DNA of 64,000 nucleotides from Dudresnaya verticillata (Eukaryota). The notes beneath the pieces were generated by a model. It was given only the letters and a program-made list of their open reading frames with translations. It was not told the DNA's origin and made no database searches. Shown here piece after piece: positions 1 to 10,120 of this stretch. The position numbers and the translations under genes are program-made. The stretch spans positions 930,001 through 994,000 of the forward strand of contig OZ374563.1 in NCBI GenBank assembly GCA_977862235.1. The letters run 5' to 3'. Within the stretch, counting starts at the first letter, position 1. Every line of letters starts with the position of its first letter.

Positions 1-141
1 CATGTCTGCGGCGGCGTAGAGCGACACTGCATCGGCGTGCTCGGGCATGAAGCCAGAGTCCATGTCGAAGGCGGGCCCCAGGACGGACTGCGAGTCGAAC
101 ATGGGGGCGTCCGTGTTGAGGTTTGCCAAAAGCTCGTCCAT
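1..141 (-). CDS. 5' fragment of an unidentified protein running off the window (MDELLANLNTDAPMFDSQSVLGPAFDMDSGF...)
   Basis: ATG at 141 (minus strand) followed by an open, acidic, GC3-rich frame to position 1; divergent from the GluRS gene across a GC-rich spacer. Confidence 0.55.
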   Translation of the reverse strand, partial: MDELLANLNTDAPMFDSQSVLGPAFDMDSGFMPEHADAVSLYAAADM

Positions 142-553
142 GGTGGGTGGCGGGGCGGCGGCGGCGGCGGGGCGGCGGGGCGGCGGGGCGGCGGCGGCGG
201 TGGGCGTCTCGGCGGTGGCACCGCGGCGCGCACACGCACGCGCTGCTGCTGCTCGTCTGCGCGGGGTGCGGGGTGGGTCGGTAGTCGCGCGGCGCGTCTT
301 CTTCCGCGCGGCGTTTGACCTTTGGTGACGCGGCAGCTGCCCCGCCAGAGCGCGATCAAAGAAGGCGCATCCGGATTCCACCAATTTGCGCGTCGCAAAA
401 CGTTGCCGCTCGCGCAGTACGCGCGCCGTTCGTCGTGATCCGCCACTGCGGAGCCCACTGCGAGATCGCCACGCGCCCGCGCGTCCCGGTCATCCCCGCC
501 CCCGGCACCGTCCCGCCCCCGGCACCGTCTCTGCCCCAACCGCGCCCGTCGCG

Positions 554-2254
554 ATGAGCTCCCCACTCCGCCAAGCCGCCTTCGCGGCGTCGACAACGAC
601 CTTGCGCCCGCTGTGGGCGCTCTCGACGCGCCCGTGTAGCGCGTTCACGTCCCCGCTGCGGCTCGCGCGCGCCGCGTCCGCCGTCCCGCGCCGGCGCACC
701 TCGCCGACCGCGACCGCCGCCCCGACGACCAAGGCCGTGCGCGTGCGCTTCGCCCCGTCCCCAACGGGCGCGCTGCATGTGGGCGGCGCGCGCACGGCGC
801 TGTACAACTGGCTGCTTGCGCGGCAGACGTCCGGCGCGTTCCTGGTGCGCGTCGAGGACACGGACCAGGCGCGCTCGACGCTCGAGTCCGAGCAGGCCGT
901 GCTCTCCGACCTGTCCTGGCTCGGTCTGAAATGGGACGAGGGGCCCGAGGTGGGCGGCGAATGCGGGCCGTACCGCCAGAGCGAGCGAGCAGAGGTGTAC
1001 CAGCGCCTGGCGAAGAAGCTGTTGGACGAGGGCAAGGCTTACCCGTGCTTCTGCACCGAGGAAGACCTGGAGCGGAAGAGGGCTCTGGCTGAGCAAGAGG
1101 GACGCCCGCCGCAGTACGACGGCGAATGGAGGGACGCTGATTCCGACGAGGTTCAGAGGAGGATTGACGCTGGCGAACCGTACACTGTCCGTTTCAAAGT
1201 ACCGCCGGCGAGCAGGGTTGTGATTGATGACGCCGTGCGCGGCAAGGTCGCGTGGGATGCCGATGCCACTGTCGGAGACTTCATTCTGTTGCGAAGCACC
1301 GGCGTGCCTGTGTACAACTTCTGCGTCGCCGTCGACGACGCCCTCATGGGCGTATCTACGGTTATCCGCGCCGAGGAGCACCTCACCAACACCCTGCGCC
1401 AAGTCCTGATCCTCCGCGCCCTAGGGTTCGAAGCCCCGCAGTATGCCCACTGCTCGCTCATTCTCGGCTCGGACCGCAGTAAGCTGTCTAAGCGCCACGG
1501 CGCCACCTCCGTCACGCAGTTCCGCGAGGAGGGCTATCTCCCCGTCGCCATGATCAACTATCTCGCCACACTGGGCTGGAATGATGGCACTGAGAAAGAG
1601 ATCTACACCGTGGAGGAGCTCATTGACGCCTTTGATATCAACCGCATCACCAAGTCGCCCGCCATGTTCGACGGTGATAAGCTGCGTTTTGTCAACGGCC
1701 AGCACCTCCGGGCGCTTCCGGCAGATGAGCTGGAGGACTTGGTCATTACAGAGTGGAAGAGAGCAGGCGTGTTCGAGAACATGGTTGAGCCGGGTTCTGC
1801 GCTAGGTAGCGCCGCTGTGGACCTGGTGCGTGGCTCATTAGAACTGGTCAACGACGCGAATGACGAGATGCGCGCAGTGTTCTCGTATCCACTTGAGGAG
1901 ACCTTGGCATCTGGGGAGGCTGACGAGCTGCTGGGCGACGACGGCGGTTTCAAGGAGTTGGGAGAGCTCGCACTACAGGCGTATGACGCTGGGGAGATGC
2001 CGTGCGGGGCGGATGGGGAAGAACACGCTGCAGTCTGGAAGAAGTGGGTTAAGGCTACTGGGAAGGGGTGTGGGCGGAAGGGGAAGAGATTGTTCCACCC
2101 GCTACGGCTGGCACTCACTGGGAAGATGAGTGGACCGGATGTTGGACAGATCCTGCGGGTCCTGTACCTCACTGAGGCGGACAAGGCAGCAAGAGAGTTT
2201 GTCCCGCTTGCGGAAAGAATCGAAGCTCTGCGGAGCAAGATAGCAACGCTGTGA
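554..2254 (+). CDS. gltX: Glutamate--tRNA ligase, organellar (bacterial-type), with N-terminal transit peptide
   Basis: VRVRFAPSPTG-LHVGG (HIGH), RVEDTD, GPYRQSER, YPCFC, IRAEEHL, KLSKR (KMSKS); Ser/Ala/Arg-rich leader from ATG 554. Confidence 0.95.
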   Translation: MSSPLRQAAFAASTTTLRPLWALSTRPCSAFTSPLRLARAASAVPRRRTSPTATAAPTTKAVRVRFAPSPTGALHVGGARTALYNWLLARQTSGAFLVRVEDTDQARSTLESEQAVLSDLSWLGLKWDEGPEVGGECGPYRQSERAEVYQRLAKKLLDEGKAYPCFCTEEDLERKRALAEQEGRPPQYDGEWRDADSDEVQRRIDAGEPYTVRFKVPPASRVVIDDAVRGKVAWDADATVGDFILLRSTGVPVYNFCVAVDDALMGVSTVIRAEEHLTNTLRQVLILRALGFEAPQYAHCSLILGSDRSKLSKRHGATSVTQFREEGYLPVAMINYLATLGWNDGTEKEIYTVEELIDAFDINRITKSPAMFDGDKLRFVNGQHLRALPADELEDLVITEWKRAGVFENMVEPGSALGSAAVDLVRGSLELVNDANDEMRAVFSYPLEETLASGEADELLGDDGGFKELGELALQAYDAGEMPCGADGEEHAAVWKKWVKATGKGCGRKGKRLFHPLRLALTGKMSGPDVGQILRVLYLTEADKAAREFVPLAERIEALRSKIATL

Positions 2255-2622
2255 AGCGCAACTTACTACTCGAGTCCCGTAATAAACGTTGGTTTGAGCC
2301 CGTGTACGTGTCATAGATGAACGGCGTTCGACTCACATTCGTGCTTCGGAAATGCAGATCGCCAAAGCGTATTCAGAGAGTGAGAAAGGAGGTTGCGTAA
2401 AGGTGAAGACGCGCAAAAGTAGGCGAAGACAGAGAAACATTTACAAGCGCCAGCACTCGCAAAAGCCACGGCAACCGATCCAGTACACGTGCTCCGATGA
2501 CAACCAGAAGGTATCGCAGACGTCGACGCACGACAATGACACAGTTGCCAAGAACAAAGAACATTGAAGCGAAGTACGCTGGCAGGCATGGGAAATGCAT
2601 GCTCTACGCACAAAGCGGGATC

Positions 2623-3057
2623 TTAGTCGACATCGGCCATCGGGACAGTGACATCGCTCTCGGAGAACTTGCCCTTCTCCTGCTTAGCTTCCCTATTCTT
2701 GCGGTCGAGAATAGCCTTACGGTCCTTATCCATCTTGATCTTGGTGATGACGACGTTGCTCGGATGAATACCGACCGGGACGGGCATCTGGTTTGCCTTT
2801 TCCTTCGTGCAGCGCTCGACATGGATGACATACTTCTTCCGGTAGCACGTGAGGACCTTGCCGTCGCCCTTGAAGGTGCCACGCACGATCTTGACCTCGT
2901 CGTTCTTGCGGATCGGCAGAGACCGGACGTTGTACTTCTGGCGCAGCTCGGCGCTGAGCGGCGCCGACATGATGATGCGACGCACCGACGACGGCGCCGT
3001 GAAATGGGCCTTACGGCTCTTCCGTCGCGACGAGGACACCGCGCCGGACTGCTTCAT
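2623..3057 (-). CDS. RPL26: 60S ribosomal protein L26 (uL24)
   Basis: [48 protein letters not shown]...[14 protein letters not shown] at 3057. Confidence 0.97.
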   Translation of the reverse strand: MKQSGAVSSSRRKSRKAHFTAPSSVRRIIMSAPLSAELRQKYNVRSLPIRKNDEVKIVRGTFKGDGKVLTCYRKKYVIHVERCTKEKANQMPVPVGIHPSNVVITKIKMDKDRKAILDRKNREAKQEKGKFSESDVTVPMADVD

Positions 3058-3553
3058 GTTTGCGCGCGGGGGTGTGACGGCGAGGGTGGAGCGGGGCGCG
3101 TCGGCGGAGTGCGGGATGCGAGCGTCGGACGGGAGGGGGTGCGTGGCGGGGCGTGAAAAAGGCGCGACGGATGCGGTCAACGACGGTGGCGGCCAATGCC
3201 CGCTTCGCTTCGATAAATTTCGCAAATTTCTCGCGCACGCGCAATGGACGCCGGCGAGCGCGGAGCGCGTTTGGATCTAGCGCAAGCCGGATCCGTGATC
3301 CGGAGAGATCGGCTCAGACGCGCGCATCGCTGCTGCGGCTGTGGCGCGGCCGGCTACGCATCCGCGCAGAACGGTTCGTTGGCCTCCCACGGCCATCTTC
3401 TCGGGACAGCCCCGCGCTCGCCGCGCCGCCGCCCCACACTACTCGCGGCCGTCGCCGCCCGTCGTGCCCGCCCGCCCCCCTCATCCCCCGCGCGCGCCCG
3501 CCGCGCTGCACCCCCACGCAGTCCCCCCGCTCCCTTCCGCGAGCGGCTCCGCC

Positions 3554-5572
3554 ATGGCGCGCAACGGGCCCACCTCTGCGCGACGCCGCCGCGCCGCTGC
3601 TGGCGACGCTGCGCAGCCAGCCGCCGCCGCCGCCACCGCCGCCGGCGCAACTCCCGCAGATGGCGCTGCGCAACAGCAGCAGCAGCCCTCCGTGCGCGAG
3701 GCGCTGCGACAGGTCTTCTTCCGCACCGCCATCATGTACGTCATTTACCAGTACTACTGGAAGAAGCCCGACCCTGCTGCCGATGCCAAGTCGCCCGCGC
3801 CCGTCGCCCCTAAGTCTGGCATTATTGGCCAGCTTTTGGGTAACACGGCAAGGGCCCCCGCTTACTACGGAAAGGAGATCATCCATGCCTGGCCGCGCGG
3901 CGTGCTACTGGAATATCGCGTCTTCACGTCGCTTGACGACCGGATGGAATTTCGAGCAGCCCGCAGCTTGGGTAAGGACGCTGCCGTGTTTGGTGCGGAG
4001 CGCGTTGTTTTTGATACCATCGATGAGAGTTACAGCACCGTCAATGTCTCGCTTAGCGTGCCGGAAGTCGTCCGTGAGCGCAATGCCACGTGGTATGCCC
4101 ATGTCTTCGTCGCCCTGGACGATTTGTGGAAGATGGACAACCCCGCGGACGAGCAACTCGATCGAGGCGTGCTATACGCACGCCATGAGATGATTACATG
4201 GCGCAAGGTCGATTTGAGGAAGGAGGGAAAGAACTTGCTTGGGGGTGCACTAGAGGCGGACGAAGAGGGAAGTGCGGCCGCAGAGGTGGAGCAAGTCGGC
4301 GAGGATGGCGAGAAGCTGCTCGAGAGGTACGACCAGGTCTGGAAGCCCACATTGCCAATTGTCGCTGTCACCGCACAGGGGAAAGTCACTCTCTCGCAAC
4401 TCCCACCGAATGCCGCGGCTGCCTTCCGTGTCGATGAGGAAGGGCAACTATACTACCCTCCGATGCATGTGAATGAGTTTTGGATGCTGCAAGACTCATT
4501 GCACTTGATGAATGAGACTGTCAAGGAGGTCATTATCGAAATGTCTTTTTCACCAGTGGGCTTGTACAAGTGGTCCATGTACAAGCAATTCGATGCCATG
4601 TGGCAGAAGCAGATTGATTTTGGGGCCATGCAGCCGCATGAGACTGATGAGCTGAAGCGCATGTTCGTCGAGACGAATCCGTGGTTATTGGGGACCACGA
4701 TGATTGTTTCGACTGCCCACACTGTTCTGGAGACGCTGGCCTTCAAGAATGACATCTCGCATTGGAAGAACATCAAGACGATGGAAGGTGTGTCAGTGCG
4801 GAGCATGATTTGGAAGATTGTCATGGAAGCGATTATCTTCCTATATCTTTGGGACAACGACACCTCCTGGATGATCACGATTGGCAACGGAGTTGGGCTT
4901 GCCATTGCAGTTTGGAAAGTGGGTAAGGCAGTCAAGTTCGAAAATTTTGGCAAGCGCAAGCTGTTTGGCTTCATACCTTGGTTCGACATGGTTGATAGGG
5001 AAAGCTATTCCAGGAAGACAAAGGAGTACGATGACCAGGCCATGAAGTACCTGAGCTACGCCCTGTACCCACTTGTAATTTGTTACGCTCTGTACTCGCT
5101 CAAGTATGATAAGCACAAGTCGTGGTATTCATGGGTCATCAGTTCGCTGGTCGGTGCTGTCTATGCATTCGGGTTTATCCTGATGTTCCCACAGATCTTC
5201 ATTAACTACAAGTTGAAGTCTGTTGCTCATATGCCCATGAAGGCGATGATGTACAAAACTCTTAATACGGTCATAGATGATCTCTTCTCCTTTATCATCA
5301 AAATGCCGTGGCTGCACAGGTTAGCATGCTTTCGAGATGACGTCGTCTTCCTTATCATCCTTTATCAACGATGGATCTACCCCGTTGACACAACGCGGGT
5401 CAACGAATTTGGTCAGCAGTTTAATGAAGATGGAGAGGAAAAAGCGCCAAGCGGAGGAGCGGGAGATGGTAGAGAAGAGACGCCTGAGACAAATCAGGAC
5501 GAAACCGCAGAGGCAAAAGAAGATGAATCCGATGCAAAGGTCAAGAGTGAGGGAGAGAAAAAGAATGACTAG
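3554..5572 (+). CDS. CLPTM1/CLPTM1L-family multi-pass membrane protein (putative lipid scramblase)
   Basis: ETNPWLL, LAFKNDISHW, MEGVSVR, TKEYD..AMKYL, PQIFINYKLKSVAHMP, YKTLNT.IDDLF, HRLACFRDD, YQRWIYPVD.TRVNEFG. Confidence 0.9.
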   Translation: MARNGPTSARRRRAAAGDAAQPAAAAATAAGATPADGAAQQQQQPSVREALRQVFFRTAIMYVIYQYYWKKPDPAADAKSPAPVAPKSGIIGQLLGNTARAPAYYGKEIIHAWPRGVLLEYRVFTSLDDRMEFRAARSLGKDAAVFGAERVVFDTIDESYSTVNVSLSVPEVVRERNATWYAHVFVALDDLWKMDNPADEQLDRGVLYARHEMITWRKVDLRKEGKNLLGGALEADEEGSAAAEVEQVGEDGEKLLERYDQVWKPTLPIVAVTAQGKVTLSQLPPNAAAAFRVDEEGQLYYPPMHVNEFWMLQDSLHLMNETVKEVIIEMSFSPVGLYKWSMYKQFDAMWQKQIDFGAMQPHETDELKRMFVETNPWLLGTTMIVSTAHTVLETLAFKNDISHWKNIKTMEGVSVRSMIWKIVMEAIIFLYLWDNDTSWMITIGNGVGLAIAVWKVGKAVKFENFGKRKLFGFIPWFDMVDRESYSRKTKEYDDQAMKYLSYALYPLVICYALYSLKYDKHKSWYSWVISSLVGAVYAFGFILMFPQIFINYKLKSVAHMPMKAMMYKTLNTVIDDLFSFIIKMPWLHRLACFRDDVVFLIILYQRWIYPVDTTRVNEFGQQFNEDGEEKAPSGGAGDGREETPETNQDETAEAKEDESDAKVKSEGEKKND

Positions 5573-8357
5573 TTGTCTTCGCAGTAGACATCGCGGGGTT
5601 TGATGTCGCTTGCTTCGTTTTTGAGCCGGTTGGCTTTTCTGACTCAAGTACAATACATGTTATGTATAAAGTAAAATTCTAAAGTCTAACTGCAACACCG
5701 AAACACTCCAACAATCGTCATGGGACCAACCAATACAGTAGAGTGCGACCTCTACTTGCCGAGGAGGGTCAAGTGCCTGGATCCCATAAACAAGCAGAAC
5801 TAGTGATGAGCCCCTAGTCGTAGTTGACGGTGGCAACCTTAAACGTTTCTCCCTCGAAACAGGCAAAGACCTCCAAAGAGCAGCGAGTGAAGATCAGTTG
5901 AGCCCTTGCTTTTTACCCTGGCCTTTCTCTACTAAATACGGATACCCGAGAAAGGCTTCATACCAGACGGCAGCTAGGTGTCGATCCGGAGCTGGAAGGC
6001 ACCCCAGTGATTCTGGAAGAGAAGCAGAGTCAGTTCTAGACGTGGGTTCCAAACTATTAAAAGCCGTGTTGCGTAGTAGAACGCAACATATATGAAAGAA
6101 ATAGAACTTGTTGGCATAGGTTCAACTTCTAAAACCCTGCTGACCCGAACATTTTGACCTTTCGCCGGCAGGTGTGAGTTAGCTCACATAGTTGCTAGCC
6201 TGCAGAAAAATAATAATACTTCCGAACTATTTCCTGTTGGTTCTGATCGTCGGCGACGACCAGAGGCTGTTGCGCAGTGGAGGAAAAGAGAAAAGAGAAG
6301 AGGGAGAAAAAAGCCAAGGAACACTGCCCACTGATCTGGGCATCGTGTTCTCACTTTTAACAACAAGATGACTCTTCGGCCGTCCCACCAGCGTGGTTCG
6401 TGGTTCGCTGGTGGGACGGCCCAAGAGTCATCTTGTTTCGCGAAACATGCTTGAATGCTTACCCGGCGGTTCATAATTTTGTTATTGTGTCGAATGATCG
6501 TCGAACTACTTTTGAAGCGATTTGGGAATGGCACCGCGATTGTCTATCACCATGAGGATGATGGTAACGCAATGCTATTCCTACATCAAGATGATAAAGG
6601 CAAGGACTGGCTCTGCGTCTTGGAAGGTCATAAATGCAACAACTACTCTACGACTGCAGAAGCACTGAATGAACTAGGTTTTAACGCAAGCTGAGATGGA
6701 AGAGGTAGGGAACGGGAACGTCTAATTTCTTTTTCGAGGTAGTGGGTGGGGAATCCCAGGGGCTTCTTGACATACTTCGTGAGCTCTAGTAGGAAATAAA
6801 AGCAGTATTCACTTTTTTCGCCAGAAATCTAGAAGCCCCAAAAGGGGCTTGGCAAGAACCGGGCCCTAGGCGACGGTCAACCAGCTTATGCCTGTTAACA
6901 GGCTCTGCAACCCATTTTAGAATTAACGAAGTGAGACGAGTAAGCAGGGATGATTTCTTGGCAGTAGGGGATGTTCCCTCCTTCAAGGCTGAGAGGGTGG
7001 CCACACACTGGGCACCACGATCAAAGCCTGGACCAATATAGGATATACCTTAAGGGTAACAGTATCACTGATATCATTCGTCGAGATGAAGTGCCGACAG
7101 CGAAATGGGATTATCACGGGCTGAGTTCACACCTCGCCCAACCAAATAAAGTAGTTCGTATGTAATAGTCAAATAGCTAACTAAATGTAAAAGCTACCAC
7201 ACCGGCTTCACCTCGCCACTTTGCCGTTTCCTCCGAAGATTCTCCGGATTACAGAATAAAATAATTCCTGTATGACCGTGGAGATACAACAGATATAATC
7301 GATTTGCTTCTGTTTCGATGGGTATGGTGCGTTTGGCAGAAACTTGCGACAGGTGTATTCATTATTGATGAGGTTGTGTGTGGGTCGGCATTGATGAGCG
7401 CAGCATGAATACCGGCTGGACAGCCACAATAGAAAGCAAGAAACAATATTACAAGAGTAATGATACTGAAGTGCTGCAATTGTGGTGCGCCTAGAGACCA
7501 CCTGGATACCATAGGTTTTGATATGCAACAAACACCTCTTCAGGCTTGACACGCGTATTGCTTTGCGCGAGCCGCTTAACATAACCTTTCTCCAAATTGC
7601 GCTATTGTGTTGCAGCATCCTCGTCGGACTGGAGTTGCTATCACTATTGTGGAGTATAGCGCCGTAATACAGTGCGTGGCGTATGCTTGTTACAGTTACC
7701 CTTGCTTGGTGCTATTATGCCGTAGTACGGCGCATTTGCGATTTAATCTGCCATGGCGCAGAAACAACCGAGATTTTCCACCACCCACAATCCCTGGCGC
7801 GTCGGCAGACAGACAGAGCCCAGTTGTGGATCCAGAAAGTACCCCGAAACGTTCGCAACTTCTCTTCCAAGTCGTCCTTGAAGCTGCTCTTTTGGCGTAA
7901 GAGGCCTCAGTTCCGCGATCACGCCAGCTCAAAGTCCATTTTGTTGTGATTGATGGCTCCGCTTATGGGTGTTACGAGGGTCATGTCCCGTCAGGACTCG
8001 GAGAGCTACTCTCAGACACACATCTTGTAGAGACAAGGTCTGGGTCCTGTCATGGACATCGTTCGCTCGCGAGCTCCAGCCGTGAGAGATGCACCTTGCA
8101 CGCTGTCCCTCTTGTTTGCCTTTTGAAGACGGAAATGTTTCTGATAGCCGCGCCATGTATGTGGTAGCTTGGAGCAAACATCACAGTACCCATAGAACCC
8201 AGCTGAGGTTGGGGGAGAGGGTGGTGCGGGGCTCTGCCACTAGTATAAATTGCGAACTGAGCTACCAGCTCTGGACACGAATGCCGTACACCATTCCCCA
8301 AAGCATCACACCCTGAACAAGACGTTTCCAGGTCTATTCTTCGCATCACCTAGCACT

Positions 8358-8660
8358 ATGCACAAGTCCGTCTTCTTCGTTGGCCTTCTTCTGCTCGTTT
8401 CCGTCGTGTTTTCGTTTCCACAGCCTGTGGACGAGGTTGCACCCAAGAGAGAAGACTTTCTCGACAATGTAGCCGTCCGTGGCTCATCGATGTGTCCGTG
8501 TAAGTGCGGGATCAACAAGGCCCAGAGGAAGAGAGCAAGAAGGGCATGCAGGCGCATGCCATCGGCCTGTGAGATTTCTCGGTGCAGACGTAGGAACGGC
8601 AGAAAGGGCAGACAATGTTGCGACATCGTTACTCCTGAGCCGGTGCCGATCATCTTATAG
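8358..8660 (+). CDS. Small secreted cationic 8-Cys peptide precursor (100 aa)
   Basis: Signal-like MHKSVFFVGLLLLVSVVFS, acidic pro-region, then CPCKC...C...C...C...CC rich in Arg/Lys; TATAAA at about 8244-8249. Confidence 0.7.
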   Translation: MHKSVFFVGLLLLVSVVFSFPQPVDEVAPKREDFLDNVAVRGSSMCPCKCGINKAQRKRARRACRRMPSACEISRCRRRNGRKGRQCCDIVTPEPVPIIL

Positions 8661-9268
8661 ACTTCGTTTCGGATGACTATATGAAAGAAGGTACCACATA
8701 CTTTGTACTACAGAATTCGTAGCCTAGGCTACCTTCGAGGTTCCTTGTTGAACCCTAACGAGGGTCCATTGTCAATTTCCATTCATGAGTTCTATAAAGC
8801 AAGCTTTTCTGGTTTTCAACTAAACTGCACTTAGCATTTCTATTCCCGACCAACATGTCACCTTCTCAAAGATGTCCGCTGTCGCCAGGAGAATGAAACA
8901 GTACCAACATGCATTTCCATCAGTTCAGGCAATCGCAAAAACTGCAAAGTTCTCTCTCTAAATACGATGGAAGAAGCATTGCCAGAAGCATTGCCTTCTC
9001 AAAACATCTCATAGAATCAAGTAAGCTGACTAATCCGCACTCCCATTATGGCTAAGCCTCACCCCGGTGTCCTCTCACTTTAAGATCCTTTCCATTATTG
9101 CACTTGTTTGTTCACGCTCAAACCCCAAAAACGACAGCAAGAGGTAAAACATTTTTTGCACCTCACTACCAAAACTGCCCAAACGGCCCCCTCATACGGA
9201 ATAGCTTCAATCATCTTCTTCAATGTTCCAGCTCATATTTGTTTTACAATCCCAACAGAGATTAAGTT

Positions 9269-10120
9269 ATGCTTTCTCTAGGCGTCTCTTTTCTGTTCGC
9301 ACGAAGAGCTGCAAGTGGGATAATTTTTCTGATAATTGTTCTCGTTCCTATAGTCCTACTGGCCGCTATCGTAGAGGTTGGGAACCGTGACGTGACATTG
9401 CTTCAGGATGAGGACCTAGCCCCCTTAATCTATGGGAGAAAAAATTCTGTTTTAGCGCCACGGAAAGGAGGCGGACGTGGCGGGGGTGGACGCCGAGGAG
9501 GAGGACGTGGCAGTGGAAGTCGAAGAAGCCATCATTCAGGGGGCAGTTCTGTACCTCTTGGGGGCCATAGATTGAACTCACTTGAGAACATTAGCTCTTG
9601 CTTCCCCGCTTCAGCTATTCTGAAACTCCAAGGAGGGCGCTCGATCATGATGTCAGAACTTTCCGTTGGAGACCAGGTGCTTGTCGGTAATGGCATTTTT
9701 TCAGAAGTGTTTATGTTCAGTCATCGAATACCGCATGGAATGTTTCCGTACGTGCGGTTAGTTACCGATGATGCCGTGTTAACCGCTTCTCATGGGCATT
9801 TTGTATATTCCAATGGTGCATTGTCTAGCGCGGGAAAAGTTAAAGCTGGAAGCACGCTGGAGGGTGAGGATGGGGGTAACAGGTCGGTACGAGCTGTGCA
9901 ATTTTCTTTTGAAAAAGGTTTATACAATCCGCAAACGCTGCATGGCGATATTATTGTGGAAGGTTTCCGGGTGAGCACATACACAAAGCACGTGCCTCCG
10001 GTTCTTGCCGGAGCACTACTAACGCCTTTCCGAGCTGCGTTTAGGATGTTACGGATTGACTTGACGAGGGGCTGGTTGGAGGGGGGTAGATGCAGTACTT
10101 TATTCAGGGGAAGTAAGTAA
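9269..10120 (+). CDS. Secreted/membrane protein with Gly/Arg-rich segment and C-terminal Hedgehog/intein (Hint) domain
   Basis: Hydrophobic N-terminus; SCFPASA (Cys codon at 9599), L.VGDQV, LTASHGH, GLYNPQT.HGDIIVEG..VSTYT. Confidence 0.8.
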   Translation: MLSLGVSFLFARRAASGIIFLIIVLVPIVLLAAIVEVGNRDVTLLQDEDLAPLIYGRKNSVLAPRKGGGRGGGGRRGGGRGSGSRRSHHSGGSSVPLGGHRLNSLENISSCFPASAILKLQGGRSIMMSELSVGDQVLVGNGIFSEVFMFSHRIPHGMFPYVRLVTDDAVLTASHGHFVYSNGALSSAGKVKAGSTLEGEDGGNRSVRAVQFSFEKGLYNPQTLHGDIIVEGFRVSTYTKHVPPVLAGALLTPFRAAFRMLRIDLTRGWLEGGRCSTLFRGSK

